Shown here: positions 28,241 to 37,759 of the stretch, piece by piece | Numbering within the stretch: the first letter of the stretch is position 1 | Layout of the letters: the number at the start of each line of letters is the position of its first letter | NCBI GenBank assembly: GCA_963663275.1 | Contig: OY760183.1 | Location: 1,536,001 to 1,600,000 of the forward strand | DNA: 64,000 nucleotides | DNA from: Chloroflexota bacterium | GTDB taxonomy: Bacteria; Chloroflexota; UBA11872; VXOZ01 | Direction: 5' to 3' | Translations under genes and position numbers: made by a program | The notes under the pieces: model-generated | Databases searched by the model: none | Seen by the model: the letters and a program-made list of their open reading frames with translations, nothing else | Told to the model about the DNA's origin: nothing

Positions 28241-30349
28241 ATGCGTGGATTCAGAAGGTCTCGAATATGGCTGGTGCTGGCGGTATTGGCGGCGATTTGG
28301 CTTACGCTGACGTCTGCCGGCACGATCTCCGCGCTGGAGCTTGATCCCAAGCTCTCGTACACCATCGACCCCCGCAAGCAACGGGTGCCGTCGCCGCTGC
28401 CGTATATCTTCGAGAAGGAGATTAACGGCATCCACCTGCCGACGGGCGCGTTCAAGGAACCCTCCGACCTGTTCCTCGACCACGAGGAGCACTTGTGGCT
28501 CGCCGACACCGGCAACGACCGGGTGCTGCGCTTCACGAAGACCGGCGAGTACCTGATGGAAATCAGCAACCTGAGCAAGCCTGAAGGCGTCTACGTGGAC
28601 CCGGACGGCAATATCTTCGTGGCGGACACCGGCAACAACCGTATCTTGCGGCTGGATCCGGAGGGCAACTTCGTCGATGAGTTCTTCAAGCCTGAGACGA
28701 CGTTGATCCCCATCGACCATACCTTTGCGCCCAGCAAATTGGTGGTTGACCGCAGCGGACGCATCTACACGCTGGAGGCCGGCAGCAACCTGGGTATCAT
28801 CGTGCTGGACGGCGAGGGCAATTTCCGCGGTTTCTTCGGCGCGACCCGCCTGGACTTCAGCCTGCGGCGCCTCATCGTCAGCATGTTCGCCACGCAGGAA
28901 CAGCGCCGCAAGATCTTCTTGCCGCAACCGACGCCGCACTCCAACCTCTTCCTCTCCAGCGACGGCTTCCTCTACACAGTTGTGGCCACCGCGGTCAAGG
29001 ACCAACTGCAGAAGCTGAGCCCGGTAGGCGTGAACGTCTACCCGCATTCCACGTCGGTGGCGATTTACATGCGGTTCTTCAAGGAGGATTCGCTCAAGTT
29101 CTACGGCGAACGGGAAGGAGCGGGCCGGCGCACCCAGTATCCGCGCTTCTCGGACGTCAACGTCAATGAGGCCGGTATCATCACGGTGGTGGACGCCAAT
29201 TCGGCGAAGGTCTACCAGTACGACCAGGACGGCGAGCCGTTATTGGCCTTCGGCGGTCGCGGCGTGCAGCAGGGCCAGCTAGGGTACCCGACCAGCGTGG
29301 TGACGGACGATGAGGGCGCACTCTATATTCTGGACGCGATTCGCAATAACATCCAGGTGTACCGGCCCACGCTCTTCGCCCGGCTGGTGCATTCCGCGAG
29401 CAAATTCTATTGGGACGGCCGCTACGACGAGGCCGCCAACCTCTGGCAGCAGGTGCTGAAGCTGGACGCCAACATGTACCTGGCGCACAGCGCGCTCGGC
29501 AAGGCCCTCTACCGCCAGGAGCGTTACGACGACGCGATGGTGGAGTATTTCCGGGGCTACGACAAGGCGGAATACGCCAGAGCCTACTCTGAAGCGCGCT
29601 ACCTGTGGATGCGCGCCAACTTCGGCATGTTCATGCTCTACTTGTTCCTGGGCATCGGCGCGATCATCGTCATTCCGCGCGGCACGCGCCGCGTGTTCGA
29701 GCTTGGCTTCCGCCGGGGCATTCTGAAGCGTGAGAGCACCTGGTTCAAGATCTACCGCCAAGGCACGGGCGTCTTGCGAGACCCCATGGAGACCTTCTGG
29801 GCACTGCGTGAAGACTCGACGTGGTGGACGGTCTGGACCATGCTCGCGCTGGCTATCCTCGTGCGCATGCTTACCCTCAACACGGTGAGCTTCCATTACT
29901 CCAGCATCGACCCCGAGGACATCAACTTCGTGCTCGAAGTGTCCCGCATCATGGTGCCGTACCTTGTCTGGGTAATCGCGAACTACGGCGTGAGCGCAAT
30001 CTTCTACGGTGAGGGTTCGCCGAAGGTCGTCGCCGCCACCACGGCGTACTGCCTGCTGCCGTACATTCTCATCGCGCTGCCCCTGGCGCTGGTGTCCAAC
30101 GTGCTGACCACCGATGAGAGCGCGTTGTACGGCTTTGCGCAGACGGCCATGTATTGGTGGATGGGCATACTCATCTACTTGCAGGTCAAGGTGGTGCACG
30201 ACTTCGAGTTCAAGCGGGCCGCGGGTGTGAGCTTCTTGAACGTGTTGGGCATGGTTGCCATCTTCGGCATCTCCGCCCTCAGTTACTTCATGTCGTCGCG
30301 GGTGATCCGCTTCCTCTGGGAGGTTATCTATGAAGTTGTCACTCGCTAG
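28241..30349 (+). CDS. NHL-repeat beta-propeller + TPR + Yip1-like membrane domain fusion
   Basis: LADTGNDRVL and VADTGNNRIL NHL repeats; TPR-like GRYDEAANLWQQVL...AHSALGKALY; central TM; C-terminal five-TM region with PMETFW and AYCLLPYI. Confidence 0.8.
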   Translation: MRGFRRSRIWLVLAVLAAIWLTLTSAGTISALELDPKLSYTIDPRKQRVPSPLPYIFEKEINGIHLPTGAFKEPSDLFLDHEEHLWLADTGNDRVLRFTKTGEYLMEISNLSKPEGVYVDPDGNIFVADTGNNRILRLDPEGNFVDEFFKPETTLIPIDHTFAPSKLVVDRSGRIYTLEAGSNLGIIVLDGEGNFRGFFGATRLDFSLRRLIVSMFATQEQRRKIFLPQPTPHSNLFLSSDGFLYTVVATAVKDQLQKLSPVGVNVYPHSTSVAIYMRFFKEDSLKFYGEREGAGRRTQYPRFSDVNVNEAGIITVVDANSAKVYQYDQDGEPLLAFGGRGVQQGQLGYPTSVVTDDEGALYILDAIRNNIQVYRPTLFARLVHSASKFYWDGRYDEAANLWQQVLKLDANMYLAHSALGKALYRQERYDDAMVEYFRGYDKAEYARAYSEARYLWMRANFGMFMLYLFLGIGAIIVIPRGTRRVFELGFRRGILKRESTWFKIYRQGTGVLRDPMETFWALREDSTWWTVWTMLALAILVRMLTLNTVSFHYSSIDPEDINFVLEVSRIMVPYLVWVIANYGVSAIFYGEGSPKVVAATTAYCLLPYILIALPLALVSNVLTTDESALYGFAQTAMYWWMGILIYLQVKVVHDFEFKRAAGVSFLNVLGMVAIFGISALSYFMSSRVIRFLWEVIYEVVTR

Positions 30350-32780
30350 AGGGTGGCGTTACGCGCGGTACCTAATCCCGCTGTTCCTGCTCTTTACCCT
30401 GTTGCCCATCACGCCGCTGGCGGCCTCCACCAGCGCGGATCCGGCCAGGGAATTGGGCCCGCAGTTCGAGTTGGTGACGCAGGTCGAACACCTGTCGCTC
30501 TATCTGAATAAAGAGAATTCGCAACTGGCGGTTTTCGACGACCGCGAGTTCGGGCGGCTGTGGCGCAGTTCGCCTATTCTGGAAAACCCGGAAGCGGTTT
30601 CTGATTCCATCAAGGCACGCCTCAATTCGGTGGTCATCGTCGAATATACCGATAAGGTCCGCACTCAAACCCGCGTGGCCGACATAATTTCCGACGTGCC
30701 GCGCATGACGTACGAACCGATCGACAGCGGCATCCGGGTGGACTACCTCTTCGAAGAACTGAACATCGGCTTCACGATCGACTACCGGCTGCAAGACGAC
30801 CGCCTGGTGGTCTCCGTGGCCGAAGACAGCATACGCGAGACGGAAGAGCGGCTGCTAGTCACGTTGGACGTGCTGCCGTTCCTGGGCGCGGCGACGAACG
30901 AGGAGAAGGGCTATCTCTTCGTGCCGGACGGCCCGGGCGCTATCGTGCACTTCCGGCCGGAACAGCCGGAGTACCGGCACAATTTCCTGGCCGAGGTCTA
31001 CGGCCCGGCGCTCTTCTCGTTCGAGCCGGAGCAGCAGCAAGGGCCGATTCCGGTGCCCGTCTTTGGCCTGGTGCGCGGCGATTCGGCCTTCACCGGCATC
31101 GTCACCCAGGGTGACATGGACGTGAACATCAGCGCGGCGCTGAGCTACACCGCGCTGGGCTACAACCGCATTTCCGGCCAGTTCATCTTCCGGCGCAAGG
31201 CGCCGTTCCCGCTGCGGCGGGCGTCGTTCGTGACGCGCTTCGAGCAGGAGCGGGTGGAAGGCGACCGGGAGCTCAAATACGCGTTCCTGCGCGGTTACGA
31301 CGCGACGTACGTGGGCATGGCGAAGGTCTACCGCGAATACCTGATGGCCGATCGCGGCATGCAGAAGCTGGAAGAGGCTAACCCCTTCCTGCATCTCCGC
31401 ATCTTCATGGCCATGCAGCGCCAGGCGTTCCCACGCGACCAGTTCATTACGATGACGACGTTCGACGACGCTTTGGGAATGCTCAAGACGCTCAAGGAAG
31501 AGCGGGGATTGGACAATCTCCGCGTGACCCTGGTGGGCTGGTCCAGCGACGGCTACGACTGGTCGCTGCCCAAACGCCTGCCGCCCGATGGACGCATTGG
31601 GGGCGAGGACGGGCTGCAAGCGGTCGCGAACTACGCGAACGCCAACAGCATCCCGCTCTATCTGGAAGACAACTACCTGTTCGGCTTCCGCAATCTGGAT
31701 TCGTTCCTGCTCTTCAATCCGCTGACGGACGTGATTCGCGGTGCCAACCGCCTGCCGATTACGACGAACTACGTCGGCTTCAAGCGGAAAGAGGACGAGC
31801 CGCATACCGAGGTGCAACTGCTGCGGCCGGAAATCGCCCGCGACCGCTATGCGGTTGACGATATCGCGAAGATGCGCGAATACGGCGTGTCCGGCGTGGA
31901 GTTTCGCTTCTTTGGCAAAGTGGCGCTCAACCACTATCCGATTCTGTTTTCCGGCCGGTCGTCGTTCGTGATTGGCTTGCGGCTGTTTGCTTTGGCGGCG
32001 TTTGTGTTCATTGGGCTGTACGTCGTCTTGATTGGGACGCGGCGCCCGGGCGACGCGATCCTCGGCCAGCTTGTGGGCGGCCCCCTCTGGCGGCCGATTG
32101 CTACGGTGGCGCTCTTGATTGTGCTGGCAGTCGGCGGGTTCTTCGAAATCCGGAACGCGCAACAGCCGGTGGATACGACACAAGGCGGCACTAAATTGAG
32201 CCGGCAGGACTTCGTCAATGTATGGAAGGACATCCTGGAAATCAGCAAGCAGGAAACCGGCACGGCGGTGGTGCAGGGCGCTAACGCCTACATGCTGGAT
32301 TCGACCGATTTCTTTACGCGGGTACCGTTGGACCGCTACAACTACGTATTCAGCGAGGAAACGGTGCCGTTCTTCCCGTTGGCGGTGCACGGACTGGTGC
32401 GGTACACGGGAGATGAGAGCAATCTCCGCAGCGACCGCGATGAGTTCCTGCGCGCCATAGAGTACGGCGCGTTGCCGACGTTCGAGCTTACGGCGAATCC
32501 GAGTGTGCTGCTTACGCGCACGCAATACAACCGCCTCTACTCGTCGCGCTTTGCCGACTGGGAACCGCAGATTGTCGATGAGTACGAACTCTTCATCAGA
32601 CAGTTGGGGTATACCGTCAATCTGCTTATGGATGACCATCGGCAGTTGGCCGAGAGCGTCTATGAGACCGTCTACGAAGACGGAACGCGCGTAATCGTAA
32701 ACTACCACACCAGCCGCTATACCGACGGGGACTATGCGGTTGAGGGCCAGAACTATCTCATCATTCCGCCGCGGAGGTAA
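30330..32780 (+). CDS. DUF5696-like secreted protein (putative glycoside-hydrolase-like fold) with an internal TM hairpin
   Basis: Signal peptide; LPFLGA, GYLFVPDGPGA, PVFG, YVGMAKVYREYL, VPFFPLAVHG, LRAIEYGALP and YEDGTRVIVNY motifs, recognised from the family usually found at this operon position. Confidence 0.7.
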   Translation: MKLSLARGWRYARYLIPLFLLFTLLPITPLAASTSADPARELGPQFELVTQVEHLSLYLNKENSQLAVFDDREFGRLWRSSPILENPEAVSDSIKARLNSVVIVEYTDKVRTQTRVADIISDVPRMTYEPIDSGIRVDYLFEELNIGFTIDYRLQDDRLVVSVAEDSIRETEERLLVTLDVLPFLGAATNEEKGYLFVPDGPGAIVHFRPEQPEYRHNFLAEVYGPALFSFEPEQQQGPIPVPVFGLVRGDSAFTGIVTQGDMDVNISAALSYTALGYNRISGQFIFRRKAPFPLRRASFVTRFEQERVEGDRELKYAFLRGYDATYVGMAKVYREYLMADRGMQKLEEANPFLHLRIFMAMQRQAFPRDQFITMTTFDDALGMLKTLKEERGLDNLRVTLVGWSSDGYDWSLPKRLPPDGRIGGEDGLQAVANYANANSIPLYLEDNYLFGFRNLDSFLLFNPLTDVIRGANRLPITTNYVGFKRKEDEPHTEVQLLRPEIARDRYAVDDIAKMREYGVSGVEFRFFGKVALNHYPILFSGRSSFVIGLRLFALAAFVFIGLYVVLIGTRRPGDAILGQLVGGPLWRPIATVALLIVLAVGGFFEIRNAQQPVDTTQGGTKLSRQDFVNVWKDILEISKQETGTAVVQGANAYMLDSTDFFTRVPLDRYNYVFSEETVPFFPLAVHGLVRYTGDESNLRSDRDEFLRAIEYGALPTFELTANPSVLLTRTQYNRLYSSRFADWEPQIVDEYELFIRQLGYTVNLLMDDHRQLAESVYETVYEDGTRVIVNYHTSRYTDGDYAVEGQNYLIIPPRR

Positions 32781-32785
32781 GGGCC

Positions 32786-33760
32786 ATGCAATTTGAGGAT
32801 AACTTTACGTGGGTAATCCTGCTCACGGGGTTGGCGTTCGTTGTGCCGGCGTGCATCCTGTCGTTCCGGGTGATACTGTCGGCGGTGGGCGTGCACCTGA
32901 CCTATCGCTTCCAACGCGCTATGGACGGCTATTTCTACATCAGCACGTGGATCGTGGGTTTCATGATCTTCCTGGCCTGGCCCCTCTTCCAATCGCTCTA
33001 CGTCAGCTTCCATAACGTGAAGATTACCAGTTCCGAACTCAAGCTGACGTTCATCGGTTGGGAGAACTACGCGGAACCGTTCCTGGAAGACATCCATTTC
33101 CTGCCCTTGTTTACCAAGACGGTGGCTAATCTGCTGACCGACTTGCCCATCATCCTGGTGTTCTCGCTGTTCGTCTCGATTTTGGTGGTGCAGGACCTGC
33201 CGGGTCGCGGTATCTTTCGCATGTTGCTCTTCATGCCGGTGGTGATTGGCTCGGCGATTGTCATTCGCCGCCTCTTTGGCGAGGGGGTGAGCACCGAGGC
33301 GATTGGCGTCAGCGTGCAGACGTTGAGCGAGGTGGTGTTCACGTACTTGCAGGGCACCATCGCCGACTGGGTGCTGGACCTGGTGAACCGCGTGACCCTG
33401 GTGCTGTGGCGCACCGGCGTGCAAATCCTCATCTTCGTGGCCGGTCTCCATAGCGTTCCCATCACGATGCGCGAGGCCGCCAAGACCGACGGCGCGTCCG
33501 GCTGGCAGATCTTCTGGCGGATTACGCTGCCCATGCTTTCGCCCGTCATCCTGGTCAACGTTGTGTACACCATCGTGGATTCCTTCACCGATAACTTCAA
33601 TCAGGTGTTGACGTATATTCAGACCGTAGGCTTGACCCGGGACTTTCGGCTTGGCTACGCGGCGGCTCTGGGCTGGATGTACTTTGCTTCGATCTTCCTT
33701 ATCATGGGGCTTGCCCTCCTGATTTCAGGCCGCTTCGTGTTCTACGCCGGTGAACGTTAG
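32786..33760 (+). CDS. Carbohydrate ABC transporter permease (MalF-like) with an extra N-terminal hydrophobic segment
   Basis: GYFYISTWIVGF, IGWENY and the EAA loop EAAKTDGASGWQIFWRITLPML. Confidence 0.92.
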   Translation: MQFEDNFTWVILLTGLAFVVPACILSFRVILSAVGVHLTYRFQRAMDGYFYISTWIVGFMIFLAWPLFQSLYVSFHNVKITSSELKLTFIGWENYAEPFLEDIHFLPLFTKTVANLLTDLPIILVFSLFVSILVVQDLPGRGIFRMLLFMPVVIGSAIVIRRLFGEGVSTEAIGVSVQTLSEVVFTYLQGTIADWVLDLVNRVTLVLWRTGVQILIFVAGLHSVPITMREAAKTDGASGWQIFWRITLPMLSPVILVNVVYTIVDSFTDNFNQVLTYIQTVGLTRDFRLGYAAALGWMYFASIFLIMGLALLISGRFVFYAGER

Positions 33761-33774
33761 GGAGTACCTTGGGC

Positions 33775-34713
33775 ATGGCTGATTCTGTATTCGTCATTCG
33801 GCAGCGGCGCGGCATACTGGGCGCGCTCACCTCTCGCAAGTGGTGGGAGAACGCCTTCCTGCGCATTGCCACCTACATCGTCCTCATCAACGTCTGCTTC
33901 GTGTTCCTCTTTCCCGTCATCTACATGTTCTCCACCTCGCTGAAGACGGTGGCGGACCTGGCGGACCTGACGGTGCTGTGGATTCCCCGCACGTTCTTCT
34001 GGCGGAATTATGAGCTGGCCATCAGCGGTATGCTCTACTGGCAGGCGGCCAGGAACAGCATCATCATCTCGGTGGGATCGGCGGTATTGCAGACGGTAGC
34101 CTGTTCGTTCGTGGCCTACGGCTTTGCCCGCATCCCGTTCCCCGGCCGCGAGCCGCTCTTCATGCTGGTGCTCTTTACGTTCCTGGTGCCGCCGCAGACG
34201 ATTATCGTGCCGCTCTTCATTCTGTACCGCAACCTGGGATTCATGGATACCTACTTCCCGTTCCTGATCCCGGCTCTGTTCGGTCACGGCCTGCGGGGCG
34301 CGCTCTTCATCCTGGTGTTCCGCCAGTTCTTCCGCAATCTGCCGTATGAATTGGAGGATGCCGCCCGTATCGACGGGGCCGGCCCGTTCAGCGTCTATTG
34401 GCGTATCATGCTGCCGCTGGCGGCCCCGGCGATTATCGTGGTCTTCCTCTTCTCGCTGGTATGGCATTGGAACGACTTCTTCGAACCGACGATCTATCTC
34501 TTCGACCAGAATAACTTCACCCTGCCCTTGCGCCTCTCCATCTTGAGCGCGGCGCTCTTGCAGATGTTGGCCGGCCAAGGCGCGGGAGACGAATTCAATG
34601 AGGCTGTGATTATGGCGGCGTCGTTCCTGACCGTCATGCCGCCGTTGATCGTCTATCTCTTTACCCAGCGCTATTTCGTGGAGAGTGTGGACCGCACGGG
34701 CCTGGTTGAATAG
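33775..34713 (+). CDS. Carbohydrate ABC transporter permease (MalG-like)
   Basis: AYGFARIPFPGR, ELEDAARIDGA, WHWNDFF and QRYFVESV motifs. An alternative TTG start lies at 33769. Confidence 0.93.
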   Translation: MADSVFVIRQRRGILGALTSRKWWENAFLRIATYIVLINVCFVFLFPVIYMFSTSLKTVADLADLTVLWIPRTFFWRNYELAISGMLYWQAARNSIIISVGSAVLQTVACSFVAYGFARIPFPGREPLFMLVLFTFLVPPQTIIVPLFILYRNLGFMDTYFPFLIPALFGHGLRGALFILVFRQFFRNLPYELEDAARIDGAGPFSVYWRIMLPLAAPAIIVVFLFSLVWHWNDFFEPTIYLFDQNNFTLPLRLSILSAALLQMLAGQGAGDEFNEAVIMAASFLTVMPPLIVYLFTQRYFVESVDRTGLVE

Positions 34714-35046
34714 CCGCGTCCGCGGTTCCTGCTTGGATTCCCTGTCCGCGTGGGCGGCTCGCTGCGTCGCGGTTCGGTTTTCTCGGTTTGCCTTGAATCC
34801 CGCTGCGCGCGTGTGGGCCATTCCCGGCTTTTCCCTGCTGGAACTGCTGCCGTAGCGCGGCGCGCCCATAGTAGTGAGATGGCGATTCTTGGCTGGCGTC
34901 TGCGGCTTGCTGTACCCGCCGTCCGGAAGAGCGCGGCCTGGGCGCGGTGCACGCTCCTCTTTGATTTCTTTCTCCCGACTTACTCCGCTATGGATTGGCC
35001 TCGAGTGGGTTTTACGATTGCGAGGGCGGCCTAGCCGTTCAAGTCC

Positions 35047-36048
35047 ATGGGCATGGATCCGTATAAGTACCGCTCACGCACCCCGCCGGCGCGCAAGGGC
35101 CGGCCTGCGTTTCGCGCATGGATAATCGGGATGGTCATAGTGCTGGCGGGCATTGCGACCTACACGCGGCTTTCCCCGGATGCTTCGGAACCGATCATTA
35201 CGCAGGCTGAGAGCACGCCGGTACCGGCGGAGAGCACGGAAATAGCCGCCGCGCAGCCGCCAGTGCACTTTTCCTACGCGTGGTTGGAGGCTAATCCGCA
35301 GCCAACGCTGGCTAACGTCGTGGCGCAAGCGGCGTTCGTGGTGGATCTCTCTACGCGCACCGTCTTGTACGCCAAGAACGAACACGAGCGGCGCCCTCCG
35401 GCCAGCACCACGAAAATCCTCACCGCGGTGGTTGCCTTGGAGAACAGCGAGCCGGAGCAAGAGGTGGTGGTTTCGCAGCGGGCGGGGGGCGCGGAGCCAA
35501 ACGTGATGGGCTTGCAGACCGGCGAGGTGGTGCCGATCGATGTACTGCTGTACGGCATGATGCTCTCATCCGGGAACGACGCCGCGATCGCCGTGGCCGA
35601 GGGCACGTTCGGCTACCAGGCGTTCGTAGACCTCATGAACGCCAAAGTGCGGGAACTGGGGTTGCAGAATACGAAGTTCAGCAATCCCACCGGTTATGAT
35701 GAAGACGTGCTGCCCCACTATTCGTCGGCCTACGACCTGGCGGTGATTGCCAAGTACGCCCTGGAGTGGACTCCCGCCATCATCGAGTACGCCAGTACCG
35801 TGCGCAAGGAGTTTACGGCCACCGAAAAACACGGCTGGTACGGGCCGGGGAACCTCAATCGCCTGCTGTGGACGTATACGGGCGCTTACGGCCTGAAACC
35901 GGGCTATACGCCGGACGCGGGCTACTGCCTGGTGGCGGTGGCCCAGCGCGGAGGGCGGCACGTGCTGGTGGTGGTGCTGGGTTCCACGCAGCACTTTACC
36001 GATGCGGCGATTCTGCTGGACTACGGCTTCGCGCAGGCGGCGCAGTAG
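35047..36048 (+). CDS. D-alanyl-D-alanine carboxypeptidase (peptidase S11)
   Basis: N-terminal TM, PASTTKI (SxxK), SGNDAA (SxN), NPTG and KPG (KTG-like) motifs. Confidence 0.9.
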   Translation: MGMDPYKYRSRTPPARKGRPAFRAWIIGMVIVLAGIATYTRLSPDASEPIITQAESTPVPAESTEIAAAQPPVHFSYAWLEANPQPTLANVVAQAAFVVDLSTRTVLYAKNEHERRPPASTTKILTAVVALENSEPEQEVVVSQRAGGAEPNVMGLQTGEVVPIDVLLYGMMLSSGNDAAIAVAEGTFGYQAFVDLMNAKVRELGLQNTKFSNPTGYDEDVLPHYSSAYDLAVIAKYALEWTPAIIEYASTVRKEFTATEKHGWYGPGNLNRLLWTYTGAYGLKPGYTPDAGYCLVAVAQRGGRHVLVVVLGSTQHFTDAAILLDYGFAQAAQ

Positions 36049-36071
36049 CCGGAAGGGCGCCAGACGACCGC

Positions 36072-37139
36072 CTAGCCCTCGTTGTCCTCACAGGCGTGAA
36101 TGCGGATGCTGCCGCCGCTGCTGCGCAGTTGCAGTGTGGCCGTCCCCGCGCCCACGGCGCCGGTGTATTGGCCGGTGCCGTAGCGGTTGCGCGCCTCGCC
36201 CGTGGCGCCGGGCAGATTGACGTCTACGCCGCCGCCGGATGCCGCGGCCTCGATGGAGACTGAGGCGTCCTGGTCCAGCACCAGCATCACGCCGCCGCCG
36301 GCGCTCTCCACATGGTGGTCGCCCTCTTGGAGCAGGGCGTGGTTGATGTTCACGCTGCCGCCCGCGGACTTGACGTTCAGCGCGCCCACCGTGCCCAGCA
36401 GGGAGACCGCGCCGCCCGCGGCGACGGCCTGGAGCGACGGCACGTCGCCCAAGACCCCGATAGTGCCGCCGGCCGAGTCCAGCTTGAGCGCCCCGCTGAC
36501 GTCATTGAGCTGGATGGAGCCGCTGGAGACCGAGACTTCCTGCGGCGCAGTGAGATTGCGGCCCGACATGCTGCCGCCCGCCACTCTACAGGTCAGGGAA
36601 CTCACCGGCGGCAGGCGCAGGGCGACGTTGGGCACGCCGGCCCAGACGGCGTTGGCGTAAACGGAGAGGACGTAGGTGTCGTCCAGCTTGAGCACGGACC
36701 ACTCCCAATCGTGGCCCTCCCGGTCGAAGCTGACGCGCGCCTCGCCCGGCGCTTCCTCGATGGTTACGGAACTGCCCTCGATGTCAACTACCATGCTGGC
36801 GCCGGGTGGAAGCGCGAAGGACTGATCTTGCGTTTCTACCGGCGTATAGCCCTGTTCCTCGCGCTGCCGGTTGCGTTTGAGGCCGCGCAAGGGCACGCGG
36901 ATGCTCTTGCCCCGGGGGATGTCGGTTACGGCGCGCGAAATGCGGTCTTCCACCTTGGAGAGCGTTTCGCCGAGCGAGCGTTCGACTTCCTCCCACCAGT
37001 TGCTTTCCAGAATTGAGGAGAAGCCGCGATTGTCGTTGGCGCTGCCGTTGCGCACCGCGCCCAGCAGGCGTTCGGCGTCTTCCACCGTAATTTTGCCTTC
37101 GCGCAGCATTTCCAGTATCAAGCGTTCTTCCGCGCCCAT
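36072..37139 (-). CDS. SHOCT-like N-terminus + DUF4097 beta-repeat protein (YvlB/LiaX-like)
   Basis: EERLILEMLREGKITVEDAERLL, and C-terminal S.GG.I/V repeats. SD GGAGGAG before ATG 37139. Confidence 0.8.
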   Translation of the reverse strand: MGAEERLILEMLREGKITVEDAERLLGAVRNGSANDNRGFSSILESNWWEEVERSLGETLSKVEDRISRAVTDIPRGKSIRVPLRGLKRNRQREEQGYTPVETQDQSFALPPGASMVVDIEGSSVTIEEAPGEARVSFDREGHDWEWSVLKLDDTYVLSVYANAVWAGVPNVALRLPPVSSLTCRVAGGSMSGRNLTAPQEVSVSSGSIQLNDVSGALKLDSAGGTIGVLGDVPSLQAVAAGGAVSLLGTVGALNVKSAGGSVNINHALLQEGDHHVESAGGGVMLVLDQDASVSIEAAASGGGVDVNLPGATGEARNRYGTGQYTGAVGAGTATLQLRSSGGSIRIHACEDNEG

Positions 37140-37143
37140 TGCG

Positions 37144-37545
37144 TTACTCCTCCTCCGCCAGGCGGCGCAAGGCTTCTTCAACACTGAGCGAGCCGCTCTC
37201 TACGTCCTGCAGCGTCTGCAAGCGTTCGGCCTGAAGTGTTGCCTGGTTGGTGGTCGGTCTATGCCCGAGTTGGCCGATGATTTCTTCCAGGCGCGCGCGC
37301 ACCGTGGGATACGAGACGCCGAGTTCCTTCTGCACCTCGCTCATGTTGCCGCGAGCCACGAGGAAGATTTCCACGAAACGTTGCTGCTCCGCGGAGAGGC
37401 GGTTGAACGGATTCAGGTGAAATTCCCCCTCCAACGCCACGCTGCACGACGAACAACGCAGACGGTGCACGGTGAGTTCGCCGGAGCAGACGGGGCAGCG
37501 CCCAAGCACTTCCGGTGTTTGGGGATTGCCCAAGATGTTGCGCAT
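37144..37545 (-). CDS. DUF2089-family protein (zinc ribbon + HTH)
   Basis: CPVC...CSSC, F..L..EQ..F...F...RGN..E....LGVSYPTVRARL, and a C-terminal SHOCT-like tail. Confidence 0.9.
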   Translation of the reverse strand: MRNILGNPQTPEVLGRCPVCSGELTVHRLRCSSCSVALEGEFHLNPFNRLSAEQQRFVEIFLVARGNMSEVQKELGVSYPTVRARLEEIIGQLGHRPTTNQATLQAERLQTLQDVESGSLSVEEALRRLAEEE

Positions 37546-37567
37546 GGCGCGCCTCCCACTTTGCCGA

Positions 37568-37625
37568 CTAAAGTATTCTAATCTGTATCTTTAGAAAATA
37601 TAGCAGATGGCGCGGTAGATGTCAA
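37568..37625 (-). promoter_or_regulatory. Sigma70 promoter with overlapping palindromic operator candidates
   Basis: Minus-strand TTGACA(37625-37620)-N17-TATATT(37602-37597). Inverted repeats CTAAAG..CTTTAG (37568-37594) and TTCTAA..TTAGAA (37576-37596). Confidence 0.65.
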
Positions 37626-37759
37626 CAGATGGATGCGGGAGTTAGAAAAATGGATAATCCGGTTGAGCGGAAGCGCAGGCGCGGTTGGGCGGGGCAAAGC
37701 GGGGAGGTCGCAGGACCGGCCCGGGGATTGCAGATTGCTGTGGCGCGGACGCCGCCGCC

